Made by a program: the position numbers and the translations under genes. Below are positions 18,233 through 28,908 of a stretch of 64,000 nucleotides of DNA, one piece after another. The DNA comes from Escherichia phage W70: the sequence record OP778610; one strand, written 5' to 3'. Below the pieces are notes generated by a model, which was given only the letters and a program-made list of their open reading frames with translations, did not search any database and was not told the DNA's origin. Position 1 is the stretch's first letter. The number at the start of each line of letters is the position of its first letter.

Positions 18233-20656
18233 ATGGCTGTTGAAGTAATTGCAACAACAAAGAACCGAGTCATATTTGAAACTGACAAAGGTTCCTATCG
18301 AAAAGCTCGTGAGGAGATCCGAAAACTCTCCAACGAATGGAAAAAGGCTTCAACAGAGGCTACCGCTGCCGGAAAGAATTCTCCTGCTGAGGCTTATAAA
18401 CAATCCGCTCGTGAAATGAGACTAGTCAGTAAACGTTTGGAAGAGACTCGTAAACGAGAAGAGAAGAAAGCAACTGATTACCGTATTGCTCTGGCAAAGA
18501 AAGAGGCCAAGGCAAAGGAAGCAATCCAGAAGGTTTCTGCTGCAAGAATACGACAACAGGTTAAAAGCCTTACGGCTGCATCGCCTGGTTCTGCTGAGAT
18601 GAGAAAGTTTTATCAGGAACAGGAAAAAGCTGCTAGAGCGGCTGCAAGATCTGCAAACCGTACAGCGACACCATTGCCGCCTTTCAACATTCAACGTGTA
18701 GAAGCTGCAAACCAATTATTATCCCGTGGCAACAGAGAACCAGGGTCAGGGATTGTTGGAGATCCTAATAGTCGATTCAACCCTGAGTTAATTGCTGCAC
18801 AAAACAGAGCGATGCAACGTAGTTCTCGTATCAAGGAGAGGATGCAGAAGCAACAAACTCAAGAACAGGAACGTGAACGTGTCCGCGCTGCTCGCGCTGC
18901 TGCCCGTATTGATGATGTTACAGCACAACAACGTATTCGTCTATCCTCCAGATATGGTCGTGGTTATGCAGGCGCTTTGGGTCGTGATTCAGAGGGTCGT
19001 GGGATTGAAGATCTTAATAGACAATTCCGTGCGGGAACATTATCATCTGGACAATATCGACAAAGTGTTCAGGCACTCGAAAGACAATTTCGCGCCGCAC
19101 AATCAAGTGCTGGGTCTTTCTCTTCTACGTTGAGAGATATTCGTTCTAACTTGGTAAGTGCTACGGCTGCATATGGTGTTTTCTCCGCAGGTGCATCAAT
19201 CACTCGTCAAGGTCAATTCTTCGAAGGTATTAATGCAACCTCCTTGCTGATCTCTGATTCAGCAGAAGAGGCTGGTCAGCGTGTTAAGTTTGTTCGTGAC
19301 GAAGCATACCGTTTAGGTTTGGATCTGAAAACTGCATCGCAGGGATTTACCCAGTTAGCGATCTCTGCTGATGGTGTTATTAGTAAATCTCAAACAGACG
19401 AATTATTTAGTGCATTTTCTGAATATTCCACCGCACTTCAGGTCGATCCTGTAAGATATCAGCGTGGCATTACAGCAATTCAACAGATCCTTGGTAAAGG
19501 TCAAGTAATGGCTGAAGAACTTAAAGGTCAGTTGGCTGAAGCTATCCCAGGTTCTTTGCAAGTCTTCTTGAAAGCAACTCAAGAAGCATTTGGTGACACC
19601 TCTATCGACATTGCAAAATTACTAAAGTTGATGGAAGATGGTGAATTGAAAGCATCAAAGATCATCCCATTAGTTGGTAAATACTATGCAGAAGCTGCCA
19701 ATAAAGGTGGTGCGCTGGATAAAGCTTTGGAAAGTAACCGTGTTGCTTACCAACGTTTAACTCAGACCTTTGCAGAGTTTCAAAACAAAATATTCCAAGG
19801 TGGCTTTGGTGAACAACTGACAAGGGTGTTCAATAACTTAGCTACCATCCTATCGAGCAATGGTAACGTTGCAAGCACCATCGGTAGATTCTTCGGTAAC
19901 GTAATTGAAGGATTTACAGACATGGTTCTTGAAATACATGATAACCTTGTCCTTTTGGATCGTGTGGTGTCTTATTACTTCAAGAAAATAGGTGTTGAAG
20001 GTGATACTCTTCGTCAAGTGTTTGATTGGGGTTCTTATCTCCTTGGTATCGGATTGTTCCTCGGCGGTCTAACTAAAGTGTTTAATATCCTAGCTAAGAT
20101 TGCAGGATTAAAAGGTGCACTTAAGGAGATTCGTGGAACCCTTGGTGGAGATTTAGCTACGGGTGGAAAAACCACAACTGGTGCAAACACTACAGCCTCT
20201 GGTGGCGCAACTACCCCAGGTAAGACAAGTGTAGCTGGAAGATTCAGTCAACTTGGTAAGCTTGGTAAGCTTTTTGGCCTTGGTACGCTTTATTCAGCAG
20301 GGTCGGAAATCAATGACCGCTTTATCCAAAGTGGAGAGAGCCGATTGGCTGGAGCAGGGCTTGACGCAACAGCTTTCCAGCAGCAATATGGTGTAACTCC
20401 ACAACCTGTCGGGTTAACTGATGTGTTCAGAGAGTTGTTTGGTGGCTCTCGTGACATAACTGTAGATCCTAACACTATCTCGACTCCATCTGGTATTCGC
20501 CCTAGCGGATTTCCTCTGGAAACTCCAGCAGCACCACCTGAAGGTAAGATCACCGTTGAGATCAAGAGTGGAGAGATTCGTCAATATATCCGTGCAATTG
20601 TGGATGAAGAGAACGGATTCAATATCAACCTGCTCACTCAGGGTGGTAACCAATAA
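18233..20656 (+). CDS. tail tape measure protein
   Basis: 807 aa; Ala/Arg/Gln-rich predicted coiled-coil N-terminal third, hydrophobic Gly-rich segment (LGIGLFLGGL), directly after the frameshifted chaperone. Confidence 0.7.
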   Translation: MAVEVIATTKNRVIFETDKGSYRKAREEIRKLSNEWKKASTEATAAGKNSPAEAYKQSAREMRLVSKRLEETRKREEKKATDYRIALAKKEAKAKEAIQKVSAARIRQQVKSLTAASPGSAEMRKFYQEQEKAARAAARSANRTATPLPPFNIQRVEAANQLLSRGNREPGSGIVGDPNSRFNPELIAAQNRAMQRSSRIKERMQKQQTQEQERERVRAARAAARIDDVTAQQRIRLSSRYGRGYAGALGRDSEGRGIEDLNRQFRAGTLSSGQYRQSVQALERQFRAAQSSAGSFSSTLRDIRSNLVSATAAYGVFSAGASITRQGQFFEGINATSLLISDSAEEAGQRVKFVRDEAYRLGLDLKTASQGFTQLAISADGVISKSQTDELFSAFSEYSTALQVDPVRYQRGITAIQQILGKGQVMAEELKGQLAEAIPGSLQVFLKATQEAFGDTSIDIAKLLKLMEDGELKASKIIPLVGKYYAEAANKGGALDKALESNRVAYQRLTQTFAEFQNKIFQGGFGEQLTRVFNNLATILSSNGNVASTIGRFFGNVIEGFTDMVLEIHDNLVLLDRVVSYYFKKIGVEGDTLRQVFDWGSYLLGIGLFLGGLTKVFNILAKIAGLKGALKEIRGTLGGDLATGGKTTTGANTTASGGATTPGKTSVAGRFSQLGKLGKLFGLGTLYSAGSEINDRFIQSGESRLAGAGLDATAFQQQYGVTPQPVGLTDVFRELFGGSRDITVDPNTISTPSGIRPSGFPLETPAAPPEGKITVEIKSGEIRQYIRAIVDEENGFNINLLTQGGNQ

Positions 20657-20660
20657 TTAC

Positions 20661-20685
20661 AGGGGGCTTCGGCCCCCTTTTTTAT
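20661..20685 (+). terminator. rho-independent terminator
   Basis: agggggc-ttcg-gccccct hairpin plus tttttt. Confidence 0.7.
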
Positions 20686-20697
20686 TGTACTTATTCG

Positions 20698-20706
20698 TGT
20701 TAAAAT
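20698..20706 (+). promoter_or_regulatory. extended -10 promoter-like motif TGTTAAAAT
   Basis: Third copy of the TGnTAAAAT motif, after a terminator and before SD aaggagg. Confidence 0.35.
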
Positions 20707-20724
20707 ACTGAAAGGAGGAAACTT

Positions 20725-21600
20725 ATGGCTACTGATTTAAAACCTAGCACTTACAAAATGGGTACGTATTCACCTGAGCAGATTGCTGCTATCGACAAGG
20801 CGTATCAGCAAGGTCAAGCTGAAGAGGCCCGTCAAAAACAGACGGCACAGAATACCAAGTTGCGTGAAGATGTTCAATACACACTCTTCGCTTCTGGTAT
20901 AAATACAGGTAGAGCACCACTTCTTTACGACAAGAACCAAACAGACGATATTGCTATCCTGTTTGACGTTGTTACTACCCACACCTACACAAAGGATTAT
21001 AACAAGACCAGCTATGCTGTAGAGTCAAAAGCTAAAGCATCTGATCATGTTGTAACTCAAGATGGTAAATTTAGTTTTTCGGCAGTCATCACTGACTCTC
21101 CTTTAATTATAAACGAGAGAAACTATATTGATTTCGATACGGACAAAAATAACCCGTTACAATCCAAGCGTCCAGCAAAAGCTGTAGAGATCCTTAAGCA
21201 AATTGGTGATGGTCATCAACTTGTTACCTTGGTAACAGAAGATGATATCCTGACGAACTATGTGATCACAAACTTCTCTGTTACTCGTGACAATGGTCAG
21301 GGAGGTAGCATTGCTGTTAGTTTGACCCTTGAAGAGTTCCGTTTCCGTGATATTTCTAAAACAGTTTTAGCAAGAACTACTGCTGATCCTAAGAAAGCTA
21401 AGAATGTAAACTCTGGCACTAAACAGACCGCAGAGAATGGTTCTGTTAGCGACAACGCTCAAGGTAAGCGTAAAACACCGTATCTCGGAAAGAATGCTGC
21501 TGCAAAAGAGCGAATCGAAAACGCACTTACAGGAACGACAGATTTCTCTGGAGAGGCAGGTAAGAAATATGAATTTGATCCAGCATCTTTGAAGAGGTAA
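20725..21600 (+). CDS. tail or baseplate protein (hypothetical)
   Basis: 291 aa ORF, first gene after the tape measure protein. Confidence 0.5.
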   Translation: MATDLKPSTYKMGTYSPEQIAAIDKAYQQGQAEEARQKQTAQNTKLREDVQYTLFASGINTGRAPLLYDKNQTDDIAILFDVVTTHTYTKDYNKTSYAVESKAKASDHVVTQDGKFSFSAVITDSPLIINERNYIDFDTDKNNPLQSKRPAKAVEILKQIGDGHQLVTLVTEDDILTNYVITNFSVTRDNGQGGSIAVSLTLEEFRFRDISKTVLARTTADPKKAKNVNSGTKQTAENGSVSDNAQGKRKTPYLGKNAAAKERIENALTGTTDFSGEAGKKYEFDPASLKR

Positions 21601-21602
21601 TA

Positions 21603-21971
21603 ATGATTGATCTTAACAAGAAATATGTGAGAACATTCGATTTTGAATTGACTGGATACCCTGACGAAACATTCCGTGTGGTCCTCGACTCCGTAACTTA
21701 CGAGGTTCGTTTTACATGGAATGAAAGGGATGAGTCTTGGTTATTCTCTTTAGGTGATATCGGTGTTTCTCCTACGATAACTACCAAATTGACTTGCTAT
21801 AGTGATATTATCGGACCTTATCGTTATTTGGATAATGTTCCCGATGGTAACCTGTATTTATTCCCATTGCGAGATATTGCTACTCGTGTGGGTCGTTATA
21901 ATGTTGGACCTCTTTCTGGTGTCCAGATGATTTATGCATCCAGAGAGGAAGATGTGGAGGCGATTAATTAA
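21603..21971 (+). CDS. hypothetical tail protein
   Basis: 122 aa ORF. Confidence 0.5.
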   Translation: MIDLNKKYVRTFDFELTGYPDETFRVVLDSVTYEVRFTWNERDESWLFSLGDIGVSPTITTKLTCYSDIIGPYRYLDNVPDGNLYLFPLRDIATRVGRYNVGPLSGVQMIYASREEDVEAIN

Positions 21972-22927
21972 TGAAGGCATTGGAAAGGACATATACTTTA
22001 GTTATCGGAAGACCTGTTTATATTGGTGAAAAGCCTGTCAACATTGAGCGCTACGCCAGTAACAGTAACCAAGGTGAAGCATATGAGATCAAGGATCTTC
22101 ATATTACCTTTCAGTTAAAGAAAGACAACTCAAAGGAACCTAACAAGGGATACGTAAGTGTATTTAACCTTTCCGATGACGTTGTTAACTACCTCAGTAT
22201 AAACCAAAGGGAATCTCTCGCTGTCCTTTTAAAAGCGGGATACAATGGTGACGAAAAGCTTATCTTTTCTGGAACAATCGAGTTTGTAGAGGATACTTTC
22301 TCAGAGGAAACACGAGAGACTAAGTTTATTTTTGGTGATGGAACACTAAACTTAACTACCGCCACAACCTCACGATCTTACAGAAAGGGAACGCCTGTGA
22401 ATCAGGTTCTTAATGACCTTATCTCTGATCTTAAGCTACCCAAAGGGCGTGTTGTTCCTTTTAGTACTGACACATTGCAGAGTTCTATGGCATTTACTGG
22501 GAATGCGGCACAGAACTTAGAAAACCTTGCAAAAAATACCGGATCTACCTTTTCCATACAGGATGGTGCTGTTTATTGGACAAAAGAAGGTTCTCGGTTT
22601 GCAAATGTTATGTTTGAGATCTCCGAAGAAGGCGGGATGGTTGGCACACCAACATTAAAGCAACCAAACATCTCGAAGAAGAAAAAGAAGAAAGATACAA
22701 AAGAGACTTCAAATAAGAAGGAGAAGAATGTAAAAGAGGACGTTGGTTTAACAGTAACTACACTCCTTAATGGTGCGATCCTTCCTGAGTCTACAGTATA
22801 CCTAAACACTCGCTACATTAAAGGTTTTTACAAAGTCATTGAGTTGACACACAGGGGCGGTTACGAAACAGGCGACTGGGTAACCGAATTAGGTCTTGCA
22901 GAAACACGAGGGGAGTTGATAAGATAA
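21971..22927 (+). CDS. baseplate protein (putative, Mu gpP-like position)
   Basis: 318 aa ORF; start overlaps previous stop; contains a poly-Lys stretch (KKKKKDTKETSNKKEK). Confidence 0.4.
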   Translation: MKALERTYTLVIGRPVYIGEKPVNIERYASNSNQGEAYEIKDLHITFQLKKDNSKEPNKGYVSVFNLSDDVVNYLSINQRESLAVLLKAGYNGDEKLIFSGTIEFVEDTFSEETRETKFIFGDGTLNLTTATTSRSYRKGTPVNQVLNDLISDLKLPKGRVVPFSTDTLQSSMAFTGNAAQNLENLAKNTGSTFSIQDGAVYWTKEGSRFANVMFEISEEGGMVGTPTLKQPNISKKKKKKDTKETSNKKEKNVKEDVGLTVTTLLNGAILPESTVYLNTRYIKGFYKVIELTHRGGYETGDWVTELGLAETRGELIR

Positions 22928-22930
22928 CTT

Positions 22931-23623
22931 ATGGCTTACGTAGATCGTTATGATGCAGCACTATCTGTCTTTGTCGGAAGATATCTGCGAAACAACGTGC
23001 ATACTAACATCCGAGGAACAGTGGTTGGCGTTAATTACGCCATTCCATCTGTTGATGTTAAACCTATGGCACAAACTGAATTTGAGAACGGAACAGTAGA
23101 AGCTTATCCGGTTATTTACGATGTTCCGATTAACTTCCCTTCCGGTGCAGGTGGAAAGGCAAGATTATCTATGCCTATAAAAGTCGGAGATCTGGTAGGT
23201 GTTGCTTTCTCTGAAAGAAACGAAGGTGACTTCAAGGATGTGAATACCCATCAATTGTTCCCTGGTTGGGCTGTGACACAGATATTTACCGAAGGTAATG
23301 GAAAGGCTGCTCATCCAGATAACGTTGTTCTTGAGAACGACAAAGGAGTTATGACATTGATGCCTGATGGTACGATGACGTTTCAGAATCCCGCTGCAAA
23401 TCTAAAGATTGAGCAAAGTGGCAAGATGACATTTTCGAATGGCCCTGCCAACATAGAAGTAATGGAATCTGGAATGGTAAGGGTGAATGGTTGCACCATA
23501 ACAACCTCCGGTAACGTGATCACAGCTTCCGGTGTTGATCTGGAAGATTTTTATGCCGACTACCTCAACCATAGACATAGTGGCGTTGAAAGAGGTGGTG
23601 ATACCAGTGGGGTTAAAGTATAA
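22931..23623 (+). CDS. baseplate spike or assembly protein (putative, gp45-like position)
   Basis: 230 aa ORF; assignment by synteny only. Confidence 0.35.
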   Translation: MAYVDRYDAALSVFVGRYLRNNVHTNIRGTVVGVNYAIPSVDVKPMAQTEFENGTVEAYPVIYDVPINFPSGAGGKARLSMPIKVGDLVGVAFSERNEGDFKDVNTHQLFPGWAVTQIFTEGNGKAAHPDNVVLENDKGVMTLMPDGTMTFQNPAANLKIEQSGKMTFSNGPANIEVMESGMVRVNGCTITTSGNVITASGVDLEDFYADYLNHRHSGVERGGDTSGVKV

Positions 23624-24147
23624 TGGCTACAGTATTTAAAGACTTCCTTCTAGATCCCTTAACAGGGGATCTTGATTTCTCGACTAGAACTTTGCAGGTT
23701 GTCACCTCTAACCAGATGAGTTTACGACAGAGGCTTTATCTTCGCTTCGGGATCTGGCAGGGTACTTGGTATTTCGACGAAACAATAGGATTCCCCTATG
23801 GGATGTTTATTGCTAAGAAACTATCAAAAACTGTTCTTGATAACAGGATAAAGCAAGAAGTTCGTCAAGAACCTGATGTTATTGCGATAAAAGATTTCAA
23901 TTCCTCTGTGGATATCTATAGCCGTAGTTATAAATGCTTCTTTACAGTTGTAACGTCAGAGGGTGAGGAAATTAACTTCGCATTCTTAGGTGATGATACT
24001 TATGAGTATCCAACACCGCCGGAAGGTAACGTTGAACTGTGTGGTGACGAAGGTTCTTTGATTGAGTTCAAGAACAAGCTTTACTACCTGATTAACTTCA
24101 GATTGCCGAAATATGGTGACTCTACTTGGGTCAATACCTGGAAATAA
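23623..24147 (+). CDS. baseplate protein (putative, gp46/W-like position)
   Basis: 174 aa ORF; ATGA overlap with the previous gene. Confidence 0.35.
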   Translation: MATVFKDFLLDPLTGDLDFSTRTLQVVTSNQMSLRQRLYLRFGIWQGTWYFDETIGFPYGMFIAKKLSKTVLDNRIKQEVRQEPDVIAIKDFNSSVDIYSRSYKCFFTVVTSEGEEINFAFLGDDTYEYPTPPEGNVELCGDEGSLIEFKNKLYYLINFRLPKYGDSTWVNTWK

Positions 24148-24153
24148 CCTCAA

Positions 24154-24180
24154 GGGAGCCTCGTGCTCCCTTTTCTTTTA
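24154..24180 (+). terminator. rho-independent terminator
   Basis: gggagc-ctcgt-gctccc hairpin plus ttttctttt. Confidence 0.65.
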
Positions 24181-24195
24181 ATTCTCTGGATATTA

Positions 24196-24204
24196 TGATA
24201 AAAT
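24196..24204 (+). promoter_or_regulatory. extended -10 promoter-like motif TGATAAAAT
   Basis: Fourth copy of the TGnTAAAAT motif. Confidence 0.35.
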
Positions 24205-24238
24205 ACGCTTATCGTCTAATTTTGGAGCAGGAGGAACA

Positions 24239-25723
24239 ATGGCGTCCAATTACGGTCTAACGGGTAGTGGATTTAACCTCCCGCCGATGGAAGACTTGAT
24301 TCAGGAAACGAAGAAAACTTTCAAGAATGAATTTGGTGAAGATTTCAATACCGAAAGTAACTCAGTTGCTGACAAACTCATTTCTATCTTTAACGAACGT
24401 GAATATCAACTCTGGTTGTTGATGGGGTCTGTTTATTACGCACAGACAATGCAAGGTGCAGAAGGTATTTACCTTGACGACCTTTTATCTAAGCGTGGTA
24501 TTTATCGTAACGGGAAGACTCGAAGCACAGGTCAGGTTCAGTTGACCATTGATTCCACTATCCCTTACAACATGATTTACTCTGCCTCTGCATACACCAT
24601 CGACAACGATTATCGTCTCTCTAACGATGTTCAGGTTGCAGGAAACATTTTTGCTCAGGTCATCCGTGGTTCGGATCTTTCTGTCGGGAGTTACAGATTA
24701 CAGATCCAGAACATCAATGATCAATCGATCAAGACCATGACATATCAATTGACAGCCACCACTGGTGCGCCTGTTATCGCATTCTTCTCTGCAATTAAAG
24801 ATTTCATTGTGGAGAACACTATCCTGTCCAACCGTGATAAAATCATTATTGATTCCGTAGCCAACTCTATCCACATTGGGTATGATAGTAACAAGAACCT
24901 TATCGGCTTGTCAAGCAGAATCGATTTCCGTACTCAACCATTGGCAGGTACTAGAACTATCACAATGGATGTTAGAGCTACGGAGCCTGGTTTAACATCT
25001 CGTGATGCTTTCAGTGTTCGTGGAATAAGTCCTGTTCCGGCGGGTTTCCTTGACTTAACGAACCTGATTGCATTCACCCCAGGGTCAGACGTAGAATCAG
25101 ATAATGAATACCGTCTCCGTGCAATTGACGCAGTTAACACAGGAAAGGCCACTCGTGCAGCGATCCTTTCTGCACTGCTGAACAAAGTTGAGGGTATAGA
25201 GAAGGTAAGGATCTTTGCAAACAATACCGATAAGACAAACTCTGTTGGTGTACCTCCTTACTCCTTCATGCCTGTTGTTTACGGTGGTAACACTGCTGAA
25301 ATCAGTCAGGTACTTTACGACACTATTGCGGGTTCCAACAATACGTCAGGGAGTACTTTCTACAACATCACCACTGAAGATGACCAAGTAGAAACAATCT
25401 GGCACACGAAAGCCCAAGCCCGTAACCTGAGTATGAGGATCAGTTATCGTGGAAGACCTCTTTCTGTCGTCGAAGAAACAACTATCTCAAATAGCTTGAT
25501 TACTGCGATAAATGGTACTATTATAGCCGGAACTCTGTACAACGTTCAGTTGGTGGGTACGGTTATCAGTTCAACGGCATCATCTCGTTTCACTCAAGTT
25601 TTTGTTGAGATTAAGAACGTAGAAGAACCTGAGTCTTCATATGTTGGAACAGATGTATCTGCCGATGTTACTGAAGTATTCGCCCTGTCCGCAGAGAATA
25701 TTGAATTCCGTCAGATAGTTTAA
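24239..25723 (+). CDS. baseplate wedge protein (putative, J/gp47-like position)
   Basis: 494 aa ORF; assignment by synteny only. Confidence 0.4.
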   Translation: MASNYGLTGSGFNLPPMEDLIQETKKTFKNEFGEDFNTESNSVADKLISIFNEREYQLWLLMGSVYYAQTMQGAEGIYLDDLLSKRGIYRNGKTRSTGQVQLTIDSTIPYNMIYSASAYTIDNDYRLSNDVQVAGNIFAQVIRGSDLSVGSYRLQIQNINDQSIKTMTYQLTATTGAPVIAFFSAIKDFIVENTILSNRDKIIIDSVANSIHIGYDSNKNLIGLSSRIDFRTQPLAGTRTITMDVRATEPGLTSRDAFSVRGISPVPAGFLDLTNLIAFTPGSDVESDNEYRLRAIDAVNTGKATRAAILSALLNKVEGIEKVRIFANNTDKTNSVGVPPYSFMPVVYGGNTAEISQVLYDTIAGSNNTSGSTFYNITTEDDQVETIWHTKAQARNLSMRISYRGRPLSVVEETTISNSLITAINGTIIAGTLYNVQLVGTVISSTASSRFTQVFVEIKNVEEPESSYVGTDVSADVTEVFALSAENIEFRQIV

Positions 25724-25732
25724 GGAGAAAGA

Positions 25733-26374
25733 ATGGCAGAGGTTACAGAAAAGAAGGATGTTAACCACATCCATCCTCTGCCTGATTTCGTCAAAGGGGG
25801 TATTGATTACTTACCCCCTGAGATCTTTGAGAATAAAGATAACATCCAAAAGGTCCTTGAGATCTTTTTGAAACGTCTTGAACTCATCGATCAGAAAGCT
25901 GTTGAACTGGCAGAGATGAGAACAATCATCAATGCAGAGGGCGACACTCTCGACGAGATAGGCAGACAAAACGGTATCTTCCGTAACGGATTGAATGATC
26001 CTGAGTACAGGGCTGTTATTATAATCCTTACAGGTATCGGATCTAAAAGTGGAACAAGATCTGAAATTATATCCACACTGAAGCAATTATTCGGTGAAGA
26101 GGGTGTGACTACTTATAAAGGTAGAAACTACCGTATGGATATTAACATCTTCAATACCTGTGTGGAAGTTGAGCTTATTCTTGACCAAATACTTGATATG
26201 CTCCCTCTGGTGACTCACTTGCGAGTTGTGGAGAATCAGGGATACCCGTTTGGATTTGAGGGTGACGAACAAGCATTTGGGTGGGCATCCGTCTACGACA
26301 CTGATCGTACTGGCGCGGGTGGACTTGCAACTTTAGTTTATGTATCTGACGACGAAGACCCTTGGGGCTTTTAA
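25733..26374 (+). CDS. baseplate protein (putative, gpI/gp48-like position)
   Basis: 213 aa ORF. Confidence 0.35.
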   Translation: MAEVTEKKDVNHIHPLPDFVKGGIDYLPPEIFENKDNIQKVLEIFLKRLELIDQKAVELAEMRTIINAEGDTLDEIGRQNGIFRNGLNDPEYRAVIIILTGIGSKSGTRSEIISTLKQLFGEEGVTTYKGRNYRMDINIFNTCVEVELILDQILDMLPLVTHLRVVENQGYPFGFEGDEQAFGWASVYDTDRTGAGGLATLVYVSDDEDPWGF

Positions 26375-26386
26375 TGGGAGAATTTA

Positions 26387-28021
26387 ATGGCTAGACCAAC
26401 AACACCGATTGTTGTCTTTGCGGCACAAGATGTTAACCTTCCTGGTACTGGAAGACCTAACAAATCAAAACCGATTGATGACCTTTTAGCAAAGGGCTAT
26501 GACAAAGGGCAAAAACCAGCGGCAGAAGAATTCAACTATATTCTTCACCAGTCTGGTGCTTGGCTTAATTGGATCGTAGAAGAGAAGTTTCCAGAGGTTG
26601 AAGAAGAATACAAGCGACTGATTCAGGAACTCGAAACACGAGTAAACAATCAACTGGAAGTTATTCGTGAAGATGTTGCGAACGTAAGACAATCTGTTGC
26701 AACCTTAAGAACTTATGTAGAGCAGACTGTTGCAGATCTTCGTCGTGAGATCACTGCTGTTGATCAGCGTGTTACTCGTTTGTCTCAAGACTTGGATAAT
26801 GCTGTTTCCAGATTGAACTCCCGTATTGATGAGCTTGAGCCTCGTTTAGTTCCGATCGGTGCAATCTTAACTTGGGCGGGTCAAACACCGCCAGCGGGAT
26901 TTTTGGAATGTAATGGACAAGTGTTCAGTACATCTCAAAACCCACGACTGTACCAAGTTCTAGGACGAAACGTAGTTCCTGATTATCGTGGATTGTTCCT
27001 TCGTGGATGGGCGCATGGATCTGGAGCTTACGATCCTGACTCCGGTCGTGGTTTAGGTTCTATCCAAGGCGATGCAATTAGAAACATTACGGGTGTAATG
27101 GGTTACGAAAGTATTCGTACTGACCACGGTTATCGTGAACAAGGTGCGCTTTATACGCAATATAACTCAAATTCGGGTCCTGACCACGATCGTAAAAACC
27201 CAGCGGGTGATGTTCGATTCGATGCGAGCCGTGTAGTTCCGACAGCACCGGAAAACAGACCTAAAAACGTCGCAGTAATGTACATTATCAAGACTGACCA
27301 GGCACAAGGTACTGGAAGTCTGTCACCAACGGCACTTGTTACTACACCAGATAGCATTACAAACCGTGTAGGTTTTACCCGAGGTATCTCAGCACAGGTT
27401 CTCCCTGCAAACTTGGCGAGCCAATATCCTGTGACATGGACCTCTCAGAATGGTAATGTTGCAACCGTAGATAGTGCAGGTAATGTGAGATTAACTGGAC
27501 CAGGTGAAACTAACATCATCGCCTCTATCTCTACAGGTATATCAGCACAGGTTAAAATAGTTTCATACACACCATTGACAGCGATCAGTATCGGTAGCAT
27601 CCCCAATGTGGAAGTTAACGACTCTGAAATAATCCCTGTTAATAGAACACCTGCGAACTCTAATGAACCGCTTGTGTATTCCACCAGTAATGCTAACGTT
27701 GCTGTCGTTACACAAAGTGGATATGTATCGGGTGTTGCTCCAGGTACTGCTGTTATTACTGTTCGTGGATCTATTACGGGAATCCAAGCAACAAGGCAGG
27801 TTACAGTTATTCCAGCCGTAGTTGTTCAAACTATCGAAGATGTTCGTTTAGGTATTGAGCAACAAACGACAATGAATGGGGACAACTATACCAGTCCTGT
27901 ACGTGCTCCGGCAGGTTGCGTAATCACTGGTGTTGTTTCAGCGGGGCTTGGATTAAACCAAGGTTATTACAAACCAATCCAGAAGCGTATGTCTGGCGTA
28001 TGGGTAACGGTGGAGGGCTAA
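26387..28021 (+). CDS. tail fibre protein with phage tail-collar domain
   Basis: 544 aa; coiled-coil N-terminus, then a collar-like motif (ILTWAGQTPPAGFLECNGQVFS...PRLYQVLG...VPDYRGLFLRGW), then Ig-like repeats (VTWTSQNGNVATVDSAGNV). Confidence 0.65.
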   Translation: MARPTTPIVVFAAQDVNLPGTGRPNKSKPIDDLLAKGYDKGQKPAAEEFNYILHQSGAWLNWIVEEKFPEVEEEYKRLIQELETRVNNQLEVIREDVANVRQSVATLRTYVEQTVADLRREITAVDQRVTRLSQDLDNAVSRLNSRIDELEPRLVPIGAILTWAGQTPPAGFLECNGQVFSTSQNPRLYQVLGRNVVPDYRGLFLRGWAHGSGAYDPDSGRGLGSIQGDAIRNITGVMGYESIRTDHGYREQGALYTQYNSNSGPDHDRKNPAGDVRFDASRVVPTAPENRPKNVAVMYIIKTDQAQGTGSLSPTALVTTPDSITNRVGFTRGISAQVLPANLASQYPVTWTSQNGNVATVDSAGNVRLTGPGETNIIASISTGISAQVKIVSYTPLTAISIGSIPNVEVNDSEIIPVNRTPANSNEPLVYSTSNANVAVVTQSGYVSGVAPGTAVITVRGSITGIQATRQVTVIPAVVVQTIEDVRLGIEQQTTMNGDNYTSPVRAPAGCVITGVVSAGLGLNQGYYKPIQKRMSGVWVTVEG

Positions 28022-28023
28022 TT

Positions 28024-28536
28024 ATGAGAATGAATAACTTCAAGCTTTATACACCGGAAGTTAAAGCTTTTGGAGAGGGTGTTCAGTATTTTCAGGACGA
28101 TAAAGGTCGTGATTTCTACGACTCTCGTGAACTGTTCAAAAAGAAATATGTTGTTTTCTTTGATGAACATAGCATTGTCCGTGGCTGGGCAAAGAGTGAA
28201 GAGGTTACCCGTCTTCACCCAGGTGGTTTGTCTGTTGTGGATCTTAATACCTTACCTAAGGATTTCTCTTTACAGGAAGGCGTTTGGTCATTCAATGGAA
28301 AACAGGTTGTTAAAGCAGATTATGACCCTGCTTTTAGCACCGCTGCAAGAAAGGCTGGCATTCTGCAAGTGATCGGTTCTGTTATCGTTCCGCTTCAGGA
28401 TGCTGTTGAATTGGGAGATGCTACAGACGATGAGCTTGAGAGATATAACGATCTTCGCAAGATGAGAGTTAAAGTCATGCGTATCCCTGATAGCACCTCC
28501 CCTGGTGATATCGACTGGTCAGAGTTCACCTTTTAA
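28024..28536 (+). CDS. tail fibre assembly protein (putative)
   Basis: ATG at 28024 just after the fibre gene stop; the track's upstream extension (27916) overlaps the fibre gene and is rejected. Confidence 0.4.
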   Translation: MRMNNFKLYTPEVKAFGEGVQYFQDDKGRDFYDSRELFKKKYVVFFDEHSIVRGWAKSEEVTRLHPGGLSVVDLNTLPKDFSLQEGVWSFNGKQVVKADYDPAFSTAARKAGILQVIGSVIVPLQDAVELGDATDDELERYNDLRKMRVKVMRIPDSTSPGDIDWSEFTF

Positions 28537-28542
28537 CCTTAG

Positions 28543-28908
28543 ATGAGTCGGGCTTCGGCCCGACTATGGAGACTTATGATTGTTGATATAATGGCAGTTC
28601 TGAAAGCACTTTGGGGTCTTTTAACATTCATTTTGCTGGGTGCACTAAAGATCTTTTACACCGACTTTAAAAAATTAGAGTCACGTCAAAGTGAGCTTGA
28701 AAAAGATGTTCTTCGTTTGAAGGAATCTGCGGTTACTAAGGATAGTATCGATGCCATTCTTGACCGTAAGATAAAGCATATCACTGATACGATTCAAGAT
28801 ATCAGGACCGATATCACAGATATGCGAAAGGAAGCGAAAGAAGAAAACCACGCTCTACAGAAAGATATTCGAGAGTTACTAAACAAAATTATTGAGAACC
28901 GCAAATGA
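28543..28908 (+). CDS. membrane-anchored coiled-coil protein
   Basis: One hydrophobic helix (LKALWGLLTFILLGAL) then charged coiled-coil. The first 25 nt form a GC hairpin, so the true start may be ATG 28576 or 28591. Confidence 0.45.
   Translation: MSRASARLWRLMIVDIMAVLKALWGLLTFILLGALKIFYTDFKKLESRQSELEKDVLRLKESAVTKDSIDAILDRKIKHITDTIQDIRTDITDMRKEAKEENHALQKDIRELLNKIIENRK

Noticed and set aside
27916-28023. N-terminal extension of the fibre-assembly ORF
   Set aside because: It overlaps the 3-prime end of the tail-fibre gene in another frame; the ATG at 28024 just after the fibre stop is the more plausible start.
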